Shown here piece by piece: positions 40,401 through 54,800 of a stretch of DNA of 64,000 nt. Both the position numbers and the translations under genes were made by a program. The notes under the pieces are model-generated. The model saw only the letters and a list, made by a program, of their open reading frames with translations, was not told the DNA's origin and did no database searches. Each line of letters opens with the position of its first letter. The first letter of the stretch is position 1. The DNA is from Chrysomallon squamiferum (taxonomy: Eukaryota; Animalia; Mollusca). Location of the stretch: contig CM022667.1 of the NCBI GenBank assembly GCA_012295275.1, forward strand, positions 1-64,000, written 5' to 3'.

Positions 40401-43400
40401 AATTAAATACATAGTATTTAGTCATACTACTTTTACTATTACTATTATTTCTCCTGCTATCACCACTACAATGCTGCAGTACACTAGTATAATTATATTT
40501 ACTAATACCAGTCTACTATCACTATCAGTTACAACAATTACCATCACTACTGATGCTGTTTTTATTAATATTATTTTTATTATCATCATCAACATCATCA
40601 CTATATCATCATAATCATCTTTATTATTATCATTATCATAATTATCATCACCACTATCATTATCATTGTCAATATAATTATCATTAGTTTTATCATTATC
40701 ATTATTTTATCATTACCATTTCATTATCATTAAAATTATCATTATTATCATTTATTACTGACCACATTGCGCTGCAGTCTCTGTGTTTCCTGAACAGCCA
40801 GTCTGAGTTTCCAGTCTGTCTCTCCGTCCAGCTGATCTGTCCTGATAAAACACGACCCATCTTTCTCTGTCGTACGCAGGAACACCATGTCAGCAGGCAC
40901 TCGCTGGTTCTACAACAACAAAATACACAACTATATTTATATATATACACACACATGTAAGCAGGCACTCTCTACACAACAAAATACACAACTATATTTA
41001 TATATATACACACACATGTATATACACAACAAAATACACAACTATATTTATATATATACACACACATGTCAGCAGGCACTCTCTACACAACAAAATACAC
41101 AACTATATATATATATATATAAACACACATGTCAGTTCTACACAACAACAAAATACACAACTATATATATATATATATAAACACACATGTCAGCAGGCAC
41201 TCTCTGGTTCTACAACTTTATATATATATATACACACACATGTCAGCAGGCACTCTCTACACAACAAAATACACAACTATATATATATATATATAAACAC
41301 ACATGTCAGCAGGCACTCTCTACACAACAAAATACACAACTATATATATATATATATACACACATGTCAGCAGGCACTCTCTACACAACAAAATACACAA
41401 CTATATATATATATATATACACACATGTCAGCAGGCACTCTCTGGTTCTACACAACAAAATACACAACTATATATATATATACACATGTTTACACAACAA
41501 AATACACAACTATATATATATATATATACACACATGTTTTTACACAACAAAATACACAACTATATATATATATATATTTCAGCAGGCACTTCTGTTCTTA
41601 CACAACTATATATATATATACACACATGTCAGCAGGCACTCTCTACACAACTAACTATATATATATATATATATACACACATGTCACAGGCACTCTCTAC
41701 AACAAAATACAACTTTTATATATATATATATATACACACATGTCAGCAGGCACTCTCTGGTTCTACACAACAAAATACACAACTTTATATATATATATAC
41801 ACACACATGTCAGCAGGCACTCTCTACACAACAAAATACACAACTATATATATATATATATAAACACACATGTCAGCAGGCACTCTCTGGTTCTACACAA
41901 CAAAATACACAACTTTATATATATATATATATACACACATGTCACAGGCATCTCTGGACAACAAAATAGACAATATATATATATATATATATATAGGCAC
42001 TCTCTGGTTCTACACAACAACAAAATACACAACTATATATATATATATACACACACACACAAATACACACAAATATACTTAAAACATGCACACAAACATG
42101 TCAGCAGGCACTCTCAAGCTCTACATGAAAACACATTATACATTTATGTGTGTGTATGTAAAAAAAAATAGTAAAACATTTTACTACTATCATTCATTTT
42201 TTATTTTTTTACCTTTTTTAGGTGTATTTTGTTTTGTTTTCGATATTATTATTACTAGTACTACTACTACTACTGCTACTACTACTACTATTACTATTAC
42301 TATTATTATAAATGCTGCTGTTGCTACTGCTACTGCTACTACTAGTACTACTACTACTATTATTATATTATTATTATCATTATCATTATTATCATGACTA
42401 CAATTCAGGACAAAATAGATGAATTCTTGTACTGACATATTTTCTAAATTACCTTCTCGACTATAATTAGGTCTCCCACTCGAATGGCAGAACTAGGTAT
42501 ACTGCTAATGCCATCACGTGACAGTATTTTGTATTTCTGTGAATTGGCCTCTTTGTCTCGTCTGTATCTCCTGTAGTCGTCAAGTGCCTCTCGGCACATT
42601 GTGACGAATATGACAAAACACTGAAATAGAGCAACACGGTATTAGTTTTAATACAGAGAAATTACTTTACTCTATCTGTATGTGCATAACAGTAATCACG
42701 ATTCTATATATGTAATAATTTATTTTAAGTTTTCACAAAATTAAAAAAATTAAAAAAAATTCTGCATGGTTAATTTTGAGAAACAGGATATATTTTTATA
42801 AAGAAATTACTTTATGAGTATGTGCTTAACAGTAATTAGACTATGTATATGTGTGTATGTGTTATGTGTGCAAGAGAGAAAGAGAAAAACAGACAAAGAG
42901 AGAGACAAACAGACTGAGAAAGAGAAAAAGAAAGGAGAGAAAGAGATACAAACAGACAGACAGACAGACAGACAGTGAGAAAGAAAGATAATTAATAGAA
43001 GTAGTAAATAATGACATAAACAATAAAATATATTTTCTAATATTGAAAATATGAGTAACCCATTTATAGGAAATGCAAATGTTTTTTTTTTCCTTCACAT
43101 AACCCATTTCGTTTTGCAAAAACCATTACCAAATATATTGCCTAGAATTACGAGTATAATTTTCTTTGTTGAGTAATATTAAATGCAATATCAATTACTA
43201 CATTATAATATATAAAAAAAAAAAGTCCTCTACCACCTAAAAATTAGAAATGATGATCCCAAAACAGAAAGAATCAGTAACACAAAATTAGATTTTTGTC
43301 TAGATACAAAACATACATCTATACTATTTTTCAGAAGTCTGTAGCTGTGTGCTGTGAGTATTTTCAGTTACTTACCAGTGGACCCCAGTATGTGTACAGA

Positions 43401-45405
43401 TATCCAATCTTGATAGCTGGGATGAACTGTGAGCAAGCCATAACAAGGAAGTAGAGATTTAGGAAGAACCGGAATTGTTCAAATAAAACCTGAAAAATTA
43501 AATATTTGTGTGTTAAAAGATACGCTGTTACATCAAGGATGGAGGAAGATACTGGATCACAGGATGAAAAAAAATTAAAAACTATATATGTATTAATAAG
43601 TGCATGTCTCCCTCATGCATTCTGTCTCTCACTCTCCATCATTCTCTATCCCTCATATATATCCATATCACCCATCTTTCCTTTGTCTTCTTTAAAACAG
43701 ACAAGATTAACAGAAAGGACTGGGTTATAAAATAAAAATAATCATTTTTACACTGAGGTATTCTATTAAATTAAATAAAAAGAAATAACATTATTTTCAG
43801 AATTCTATTTTTAACTTAAAGAGAAACTCAGGTGATAACTTTATATTTTTAAAAATTAAAAACTTTTTGTTTTGTTTTGTTTTGTCCTATTTCTGTTCTT
43901 TTTTTTTTTTGTTGTTTCTTTAAAATAAAATTAATCTTAAAAAGATTAAATAAACACATATTTTATACAAGTTAAGATGCAAAACTATGGTGCTAATGAC
44001 CTACTTTTGGTATAAAAGTGAAAAAGCTGTATTTCTGATTGCGGACTACATTGGGTGGGTGCTTGGTCTGTGGCCCAGAGGCCAGACCCAGGTACACAGT
44101 GCGTTCTTCAAACTCTTTTTTCTTACAACATTTTTGAAACAGTCGACACCAACAACTGAAAAACACAAACAGGAACAAAATTTTTAAATTAATTTATGAT
44201 TCTAATATATTGTTATACATATACAATTAAAAAAAAACATGTAAATATATGTATATATGTTTATGTACATTTTTTTTTTTTTTTTGGTGTTTTTGTGAGT
44301 GAATATATCTATTTGTGCGTATATGTGTGCATGTTTATGATCATATAAAAATAATTTTAAAATCTAATAAATGTAACTATTTTATTTATTTATAATCTGT
44401 ATATTTTTCACCAATTTTACTACATTTACTCATTTAAAATTTAAAACTCAAAAAAAAGAAAGAAAAAAAATTAAATTTGAAATACATTATATTAAATATA
44501 TGAAAACAAGACAAAAAATACAAGGCCTAAAACCATGTATCAGACTTTTGGAATATGATAGAATGAGTAAAACATTAAATAAGCAGTAAGCAACCTATAG
44601 AAAATACTAATACATACAGCATATCATGTATAAACTTTGCATGTAAGTCAGCTAATAATATTGTTAACAAAACTGTGATCATATTGATAATTTCTATGCT
44701 ATTTAGATTAAAAATAAAGATAACTTTTTTAATAATAACAAAACTGTGAGCATATTAATAATTTCACTGCTATTTAGATTAAAAATAAAGATACATTTTT
44801 TTAATAATGATCATCAGACGTATGTATAATGCAGCTGTCACATGCTTGATTATTGATAATTAAACTTTTCTAAAGGTGGAAAATTATTCAGTTCAGAAAG
44901 GTGATACCATAAATATATTTAAAAAATAAGCGTGTGTGTGTGTGTTTGTGTTTGAAAAATATCTATGGAAACTTTTACGATGTAAATATGTAAATAACCG
45001 TAATATATGCCAAGTATCTATTAAAATGCACTGAAATAGTTTTATCTGTTAAAACTGCTATAATGATGGGTTATAATAATTTTCAGAACATTAAAAAACA
45101 TTAAAAATGTTCTACTGAACATTAAAATTTGCTCATTAAGAATTTTCTTCTACTGAACATTAAAATTTTATTTCATATTCTATATCAGTGGTTCTTAACT
45201 TTATTATTTATATTTCTTTCTTTTTTTTTTTATTTTTTTTTTTTTTTTTTTTTTCTGAAATCTTTTAGATGTCACCTAAATTAATTCTTATACTGGTCAC
45301 GGAAAATTGATTAAATTATGTAATGAAGTTAAAGTATTTATATATGAAAATATATTTAAATATTTAAATTATCACAGTAACCCTAGGAGTGGTATCATTC
45401 ACATA

Positions 45406-45459
<54 letters not shown>

Positions 45460-45530
45460 ACACACACAGACACAGACACACACACAGACACATACATAGA
45501 CACACACACACACACACAGACACAGACACA

Positions 45531-45575
<45 letters not shown>

Positions 45576-46152
45576 AAACACAAACACATACAGTGAAACA
45601 ACAACAATAATAATAATAATAATCCTGTTTCCAATGATGCATACCTGGCACACAAGTTAACCCATCCTCCGGCAAGGAAGTAAGCAATATTCCTAGCCGT
45701 GCATCGTCTGTTCTTTTTCTCCTTCATCAGCAAATCATTCTCATCCAATTCAAAATGTTCACCAGCCATCAGAGGAATTTCATCAATACACGAGTCATCA
45801 TCATCATCATCATCATCGGCAGAGGATATCCTGAAAATAACACATTTTTTTTACAGTCTTGTATATGTTTGTAACTGTGAATATATGTGTGCTGTTTACA
45901 TGTCATATGAGAAAAAGAAAGAGTGGGTGGCTGGGTTTGTCACGGTAAACTATGATGATCAATAAAGCCTGTTCTTGTTGATGTTATTAGATTATATCTT
46001 TGAATGTGTAATTATGTGTGTGTGTGTTGTCTGTTTTGTTTCCCTTTTTTCAAGCCTTGAATTAATAACTTTTTTATTTATTGTTACTCTTTATAGTTAT
46101 TATATGAAATTTATTTATAAATTATTATTATTATTTTATTTATTTATACATA

Positions 46153-46183
<31 letters not shown>

Positions 46184-46207
46184 ATAGATACACACACACA
46201 CATATAT

Positions 46208-46282
<75 letters not shown>

Positions 46283-48945
46283 TGCATATATATACATATA
46301 TGCATATATACATATATACATATATATATATGTATATGTATATATTTAGTAATGTAATTTTTGATAAAAGATTTTGTCTAAACTGGCAAACAGCTAATAA
46401 CAGAAAAACTATTGTTTTGTTCATACATTAGTTAACAAAAATGTTCTATCAAGTTAAAAAATTGGATAATTATTGATCTTAGCAATGGCATATGCAGTCA
46501 TTATTCACTCCCCTACTTTGAACTGACAATAATAATTATAATAATATCAACAATAACAACAAGATAATAATAATAATAGTAGTAGTAGTGGTAGTCATAG
46601 TTGTAATAGTAGTAGTAGTAGTAATAGTTGCAGTAATAATAATAATAAATAATAAAAATAACAATCATAGATGAAAATGCCATTTCACAAAAAATGCTTG
46701 AAAATAATATTAACCCAAAGACCAAAACATAACCTATGTTAAAACTTAACAACAAATGTTAATATATGTTTGTTTGTTTGTTTGTTTGTTTGTTTGTTCA
46801 ATGACACCCCAACACAATAACATTTAATAACAATAACAAGAAGAAGAAAAAAAGGAGAAGAAGAAGAAGAAAAAAAAGAAGATGAAATACTAAAGTATTA
46901 ATCATTATAGAAGGAAAATGCCATTTCACAAAGAAGTGATGTGAACTGGAAAAACTATTGTCTTAAAAAAAAAAAAAAAACATTTACAAAAAATGATTAT
47001 ATATATATATACACTAATATTTAAAAGCACAAACCTATGTCGTAACTTTAATCTCCAATATTCCACTATCAATAACAAATTCACAGACATAAAAATAAAA
47101 TTAGCTGATATTGCTGGTAAATATGTATGTGTGTGTGTGTGCACTTCAACAAACTCACTTAAGAATTCACATACATGTGTCAGCTGTAACAAATCATACA
47201 ATGTAGTGAAAATGACTATTGGTTCTACTATGATACATTTCTTAATTATTGACTGGACATGTTATTTGGTTTATGTATTTTGTGGCAGAAAGTGTTGTTG
47301 TTTTATTTTGTTTTTGTTTTTGAGGGGTTTCGAAAATAAGAAAAATCATTAGATGAATACATTTCCTGTAATCTGAATATATATTTGTTCTCATAAAATA
47401 CTTTTAACACAGAGGAGACTGTTTGAGGTGTCTGGAAGAAAATTGTTGGTTTTTAAAAGAAAAATTATAAAATATAACAGCAACTGATTGATAACTATTA
47501 ACTGTAACCTTTCATATGCATAAACACACATACATAGACACACACAAACATAAACACTCTTTCTTTCTCTCTATCCTCTTCTCTCTTTCTATTCTTGTAT
47601 CTATTTCTATTCATACATGCATTTCTCCTCACACAAACAAAAGCAACATAACTACAAACAGAAACTGCTAACAGTTCAATTACACCTACTAACAAACCAG
47701 TCAATACTTTACATCTGTTACCATTTCGATCAACATTTCTGACTTACCAAAGTGTTTTGTCCCAAGTATTTCACAGATTACTGTATAAAAACCATAATTC
47801 GTGGTATTTTTCTTCCTAATTAACACCAAATTTTACAACACTGTAAAAATCTTCTACTGTTAAAAAACAAGGTCAAGTCTGGACAGTTAGATACAGCAGT
47901 ATTAAATCACTGGGTTACTGATATATATGTACATGAATCATACAGTATTTACGGTTATTCGGTTATTCGTGTCAGACTGTGCGGTGTTGAACTGAATCAA
48001 TAAACAGTTTAGCCATGGTAATGAGTATTAATAGCAGATAATCACTGTGTTACTGAAATGTTCCAGTAATGGAGATGACTTGTTTAACATTTTTGCCATG
48101 CAGTTAATGCTTTTGTATCAGAGTTACTTTATTAATCAAATGTCCTGGAAATGGAGATGTGACTTGTTTAACTGCTGATATGTTTTTGCTAATAATTATT
48201 AATAAAATATTCTAGAAGAGGAAATGCTTGTTTAATAGTTAATACTTTTTGTCACTATTGTTGTATAATAGTTCACTGCTAATAAAATGTTTTGAAAGTG
48301 GAAACAATTTGTTTAGCAGTTAATATTTCGTTACCTTGTCAATGTCTGCTGTACCTGAATTAATTATTAATAAAATGTTCTGAAAGTGGAAATGATTTGT
48401 TTAACAGTTACTATTTTGTTACACTGTTAATGTTTGTTGTACTCAGTTAATTATTAATAAAATGCTTTGTTACACTATTAATGGTGTTGTACCTGAAATA
48501 ATCATTAATAAAAATATTATGAAAGTGGAGACAACTTGTTTAACAGTTAATCTTCTTTTTTTCAGTCTGATACTGAAATAATGTAATTGTTGTTGCCTTA
48601 AATTGTATAAAGTGTATGTCTTTTGTGCTTAGTGTTTGAAAGTTTAATCAATTGTTGTTGTGTTAAGTTGTTTGTTTTCTTGTTTGTCTTGTATTTCTGT
48701 TATGGGTTTATTTGTATCTAGGAGCTGAATCTATTGTTGTTAAATTGTTCATTTATTTGTACTTGTTTGTTTCATTGGAGATTTATGTGTTGGCAAGAAT
48801 GAGAATTTTTTTTTTTTTTTTCCCTTCCAATAAGCTAAACAAAATAATAAGAACTACCAACAAGTAAATATCAAATTTACCATTTTTATATATAATTACA
48901 TTATGCATATAAAACATCATTATACCAGTTGTTATTAACAATCAA

Positions 48946-48981
<36 letters not shown>

Positions 48982-51524
48982 TGTGTGTGTGTGTGTGTGT
49001 GTGTTTGTGTGCGTTTCAGTTTAAGCATATAACTGAGTCAATCATTTGTATTATGCATTGAGAATTCAAGTAAATAAATAAATAAAAAATAAAGATTTAA
49101 AATTTTTCATTTTCATCAAATTTTAGATAACAAATCCTTAATATTTTCATGAAATCTAGGACTCTTTCTGAACATATTTATTTCTGTAACAGTTAGTACG
49201 GAAAAAACAAAAACAAAAAAACATTTTAATAACAATCTGCAAAGGGTGGATACACAGTCAACTTTCCAACTAAGCCACTCAGCCAATTACCACATCTTGA
49301 TGTCACAGTAATTAACAAATAACAAATAACGTGTACTGCCTGTTAATTGATTAAATTATCGTATCTGCAACAATTAACTCTTATTACCAGTCATCTGTTA
49401 TTGTTAACCTTTACAACATGTTTTCTTATGTAATGATTTATACAAAAAGTTTGCATCTATGAATAAATAAACGCTTAATGATAAGATAATGTTTTAACAT
49501 TAACAGAATTGCTATTGTATGTCAACAAGAATTATCTTTTTATGGTGTGAAATAGGAAACATGCTATCATAATGGTTTTGATTTTTTTTTGTTATTTTGT
49601 ATTTTTGTTTATTTTTGTGTGTATATAAACTATTTAGCAACAATGTCTTTTTGTTCTTTTCTTCATCATAGTCAATAAATAAAAAATGCACATACCATGT
49701 TATACTAAATAACTTGTTCTAAAACTAATTTATTTCAAATAGCTTGTCATAGTGATATCTGCAGTGTTCTCAGCTAATAATATTAATGTTATCACAGTTC
49801 AGTGTTCCTCAGTTCCTTGGAAAATATATGTCTCTATCAGTCTTACCCAAAATCATAATTTTCATAGACAAAAGGGCCATTTCCAAAATATTCTCAAAAC
49901 AATTTCAACCCCCAGACCGAAGCATGAGCTATGCTTATTATCAGAGTTGTTTGTTGTTTTGTGGGGGTTTTATTTATTTATTTATTTATTATTTTAATTT
50001 TTTTTTTTTTTTTTTATTTTTTTTTTTTTTTGTTTTGTTGTTTGTTTGGCATTACTGACTGATGGAACCCATCAAACAACTGTCACATACAGTCATTATG
50101 CAAACAAATTAATCAGATTTTTTTTTTAAATCATCATTAATCTATCCCATTTCTGTACATTAAGTAATCTACCAAGCTTGTTGTTTTGTTTGGGTTTTTT
50201 AAGTATTATTAATTAAACATTTAAATTTAATGCAGCAGTGGTGAATGGCAAAATCTGTCATAGGATGTGCTGTTGGAATGTCACTCTCACTTTGGGTCTT
50301 ATTTCTGTCACTCATGAGTATCCTGCTACCCACCCTATACTGTACAATGATACAACTAGCTGTGGAGTATTCAGTTATTTATCTGAACAATCCCACAGAA
50401 AAAGAAAAATTAGTTTCCCATTATGATCCACTATAATATTAGTGAGTGAACTTAATATTTATTATGAAAATACTTTTTGGTGAACATGCAGCAAACAAGA
50501 ATATATGCCAACAAAATGTAGTAATCTACTTCCATCTTTCTATCATTTCTGTTTTGTCACAGAATAATTACCAGCCCTTTATATAATTTTGTTTTGATAT
50601 TAAGTTATTGAGAGAGAGAAAAAAATAATTTATGAACAATTGTAATGTTAGGTACTGGGCATTGTTATTGCTCTTTTGATCCCATAATTAAAACAAACAA
50701 ATAAATAAATATGTGTGTGTTTGTGTGTGTGTGTGTATTTCTGTCTTATAGAGAATACATATAATCAAGTATTGTCATGAAATGTGTAATGTTAGATCCA
50801 TTCAGGGATTATTTATAATATACCTAAATTAATTTTAATTTCTTTACATGATGACTTATTACCTGAATTGTTTCATATACCAATGTAATTCTTGATAAAA
50901 ATACAACAAAGGTTTTTTCTTTTATTTTAATTTTTAATTTGTTTTCATTTTTAATTTTTTTTTTATTATCATTATTATTATTTTATGATTACTTATTTTT
51001 TTATATCTTTTTTCTTTTCTTTTTTTTTTTTTTTTTTTTGACTGAAACTCATCTTACGACGTGAATATCAAACTTACGCAGTAAAAAAATAACCATTTTC
51101 AGTGAATGTATCTATACTGAAAAAATATATATATTTCAATAAAATTTATATCACTGATCGTTATCATATAATTATCTCCCTGTCATTATTCTGATCATTT
51201 CTAATAAAATAAAAAAAAAGTTGAAAAATAAAAATAAGAACTATATATATATTATATATATATTAATGATGACGCCACTTACGGTGCACGATTTATAAGA
51301 CGTAAATATTTAATTATGATAATTGTTCCTAAAAATGTAAAAGTGAAATGAAATAAGAATAAACAGCTTCAGTTTTAAGAAGGTAAAAAAGTAATGTAAC
51401 AGATGTTAACTATTTATTTACAATCTTTACACAAACGAAGTACTGCTAATATTAATATGAAATACTAAACTTTGGATGAACCATCTTACCTTGGTCGTCG
51501 TGATATTCGTAAACTCACCGACAT
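27485..51524 (-). CDS. ATP9B: P4-type ATPase (phospholipid flippase) class II, ATP9A/ATP9B/Neo1 orthologue; 26 coding exons, ~1106 aa after correcting a 1-nt indel in exon 21
   Basis: Motifs [20 protein letters not shown] (phosphorylated Asp), [28 protein letters not shown] and C-terminal PPVYSKL. GT-AG exons (plus-strand coordinates): 51490-51524, 45645-45830, 44005-44155, 43376-43489, 42453-42620, 40763-40909, 40228-40308, 39596-39745, 38806-38895, 38092-38162, 37534-37699, 37128-37184, 36491-36757, 35748-35909, 35239-35331, 34781-34864, 34112-34282, 32912-33100, 31840-31984, 31008-31072, 30455-30544, 30007-30138, 29167-29275, 28573-28630, 28085-28288, 27485-27621. All phases join except exon 21/22. 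The A/B label is nominal for an invertebrate co-orthologue. Confidence 0.95.
32150..32910. repeat. Degenerate ~175-bp tandem duplications of the ATP9 exon-18 3' end and donor site
   Basis: Copies of AATTACCTGTAATGAATCTCCTGTGATGATCAAGGCATTATCATTC near 32846, 32717, 32494, 32315 and 32168. Confidence 0.75.
40885..42130. repeat. Intronic minisatellite (~55-70 bp unit, about 16 copies) made of the ATP9 exon-6 start, its splice acceptor and an (AT)n tract
   Basis: Unit CATGTCAGCAGGCACTCTCT(GGTTCT)ACACAACAAAATACACAACT(AT)nACACA; the first copy overlaps the true exon (40886-40909). Confidence 0.93.
44666..44808. repeat. ~70-bp tandem duplication in ATP9 intron 2
   Basis: TAACAAAACTGTGA...GCTATTTAGATTAAAAATAAAGATA occurs twice. 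Confidence 0.8.
45407..45590. repeat. (CA)n/(CAGA) compound microsatellite
   Basis: Directly visible. Confidence 0.95.
46150..46345. repeat. (AT)n compound microsatellite
   Basis: Directly visible. Confidence 0.95.
48040..48555. repeat. Degenerate tandem repeat in ATP9 intron 1 (about 6 copies)
   Basis: Recurring TTATTAATAAAATGTTCTGAAAGTGGAAATGATTTGTTTAACAGTTA. Confidence 0.75.
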
Positions 51525-51821
51525 GTGACGTTTGTATCTACAAAACCTTAAGACGGAAGCAAATTGCCTCTTACGTCATTAGATATAGTTGTTTAGAATT
51601 TAAGATCAACATTATTTTAGCACTCTAAAAATTACTGGTACATGTCGTGTAGTTGCTATAAAATATAAAATATTTTATGATAGGTGATAATATAACATTT
51701 AACTAATGTTGAGGATATAAGCGACAACAAATATCATGGCTTTAATCCGGAAGCGATCAGGTGTCATGGAAGCTTTGCTCTTGGCAACGGAGCTTATTTC
51801 TGTGTGATTTTAAATAGCAGC
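51525..51821. promoter_or_regulatory. Compact bidirectional promoter between ATP9 and the CAP-Gly gene
   Basis: Only ~300 bp between the divergent ATGs. ETS-like CGGAAG at ~51554 and ~51748, CRE-like TTACGTCA at 51571, X-box-like TTGCTCTTGGCAAC at 51775-51788. Confidence 0.6.
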
Positions 51822-54800
51822 ATGAAGACTCAAGATAACGAGGTTTTCCGCTTTTAAAATTTATTGCATTATTTGTTTCCCTTATCCCAATAGGGACATG
51901 CATTTATTTTATATAATTTATTTGTCGTAATTAATTATTAGAAAGTTTATATTATAGTTAAAAGTAATACAAGTATTTATTTAGTAAGGATGATTATGGT
52001 ATGTGAACAAATCGTACTTTTACAAGTTTCATTAATAGTAATAGTTATCGATTCATATTCAATGATTCATTGATCTGGCTACGTTTCCGTATTAGAGCTA
52101 TTATTTAAAATTAAAAAATTTCAGTTTGTTCATACTTACTCATTACTGTTTACATTTCGTATTATTTTAAAACTAAACATAATCATCATAATGATATAAT
52201 TGTGCGTTAACACACTCACAGAGTCACAGGATCCAATGGAAACCTAATCTTGATAATATATTTTTAATAAATTTCTGTTAACAAATAATTAGTGTCACTT
52301 GTATTAGAATGTCTTATCCTTTTAATCCCAGTAAATATCAATAAACCATCAAAAATTTCATGAGATACATATTTTATAAGTTGCTTTACGAAAAATTATT
52401 TCCCTGTTTTAATTAGAAATGGAACAAATATGTTTATAACAAGAACAAATTATATATAGTGACTGATATAGATATAGATAGATATAATAATTATACAGTG
52501 CATAAATATCATATTGAATGTAACATTAAAAGTAATTTTATTTTATATTTTTATATTACTATTATATTTTTTAGCCAGAACAAGATCCATTTTTGTGCAC
52601 CTGTGGACCATGTAAACGCTTTTACAAAGAATCGTTTGGAGAGGCAGCATCATGTATGAAAACTCCACCAACTGTCAGGGCACTTCAGTCAACAGGCATC
52701 GCAGCTACCAAAGACAAACTCCTTCACTATGGTGATCGAGTTCTTGTAGACAATACAAAACCAGGTAACAATATTTGTGACGGTGTTAATCTGTGCATAT
52801 GGTTATATTAACAAATACCTCTAAATATATGTTGATTTGTTTTTTTAATATATTGAAATTATTATTTAACTTTTGGATGAGGGCAGCTTAATAAGTTTTA
52901 TGTACAACAGACTATTATTATTCATTATTCATTATTATTGTTATTGTTATTATCATCATCGTCAATTATTGATTTAATATATAAAGCAATCAAGTGGAAA
53001 TATTGTATATGTATGTGTGTTAGTGTAAATCAAATGTTCTTATCACTTTTCATTACTTATAATAATGTATTATTGTTGGGGGCAATTTTCATCCATAACA
53101 TTATCATATATTATTATTATCAATTATTGATGTAATATCTAAAACAATCAAATGGAAATAATGTGTGTATGTGTGTGTGTGTGTGTTTGTGTGTGTTAAT
53201 GTAAGTGGAATGTTTGTTTTTATCACAGTCATTTTGTTAATAATAACAACCCCTTTTAACATGTTCTACTTATGTTTCAAATAGTTATTTTATTTCTGCA
53301 AATATTTTCATATTACTTTTACATATGCATTTATATTATCATTATAATTTGTTCTAATTTTTCCAATCTTTTTGTCGTCAGATTAGAAATAAATACTTCA
53401 CATAACACATTGTTTCTGTAATAGTGATATAAAAGTGTTGTTTGTGTGAGAATTTGTTTACAATTCATTTATAAGTTATTTATGAATTTCATGTGTTTGC
53501 TATTTCAGGAATTGTACGCCATGTAGGTTTTTTAGATGATCAAGCAATCACACCCAAGCTTTATGTCGGAGTAAAATTAGATGACAATGGTATTTACTTT
53601 GATTTTAATTCTAAATAGTTTATGTCCTGTATGTCCATGAAATACAATAGTTAATTTTCTACATTTGTTACATTATAATAATGTTCACTACATATAACTC
53701 TAATTGTTTTGTTATTTTGTTTGTTCTTACTGGGTTGTTTCTTTTGGGGGGCTTAAAATGTACAATTATGATTTAATGTGGAAGTAGTTGGTTTTGATGA
53801 GTTATAAGTTGAATTTCTAACCAGTATTTGATATTTCATTAAATGATATTTGCATTCATACCATTTTCATAATAAACAAACTCATAAGATTTTTGACAAC
53901 TCTGTGGTTTATAATCAAAGAATTGTCTCCATTTGATACTTGCCTGTTCAGCAGTTTTTGCGTTATAGAGATTAAAGAAACTGGGTCCCATGCAGATTAT
54001 CTGTACCCTTTCAATTAGCAGCAAAATCTATTTTTTAATATGCTCTCATATACATATATAATTATAAAAATAGATACACAAATGCACACTAAATATAAAA
54101 GAATACAAAATGGTTTGTTTTTGCTGATTTTTATAAATAACTGAAAGAGAAGGAATAAACTACAGTAGTAATGAAAAATATATACAGATTAAGATTATAC
54201 CTCGAAAATTTAATTTTACATTACATTATTGAAAATATCTGTAAACAAACACAATTTCTTTCCTATTTTTTCCTTACAGATTTATAATATTTATCATAAT
54301 TAATTCTGCACTTGTTTAGTTCTATGTAACTTATATTTCATGAACAGAAATTGACATAGCCAGAACTTTTGTTCATGAGAGGGACATTTTTGTAATGGAA
54401 AAATTAATTGTATCATAATTTGTAATATGTGGTTATAGTTTGTGTATGTAAAATGTTTAATTTTGTTATTTTAATTTTTTTTATTATTATTATACTTTCT
54501 TTTTATTTATTTATATTTTTTAACATTATTTATTTATTTATTTTTTTATTTTTTATTTTTTATTTTTATTTTTTTTTTTTTTTTATTTTTATTTTTATTT
54601 TTTTTTTTTTTTATTTTTATTTTTATTTTTATTTTTATTTTTATTTTTATTTTTATTTTTATTTTTATTTTTATTTTTATTTTTATTTTCAGTAAACTCG
54701 GTACATAATGGTATTTATCATGGCAAACGTTACTTTCACTGTCCAAGAGGACATGGAGCAATGGTCAAGTTTAACAGAATAACTGTTCTGAAGAAACCTG

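Noticed and set aside
40887-42438. Long ORFs of up to 248 aa (MSAGTL...) and adjacent poly-Thr/Val ORFs
   Set aside because: Translations of the intronic minisatellite and trinucleotide repeats. The MSAGTL similarity to a FAM168 motif is coincidental, as it is the antisense of ATP9 RVPADM.
45307-46755. [16 protein letters not shown] ORFs
   Set aside because: Microsatellite translations; only 45645-45830 is a real exon.
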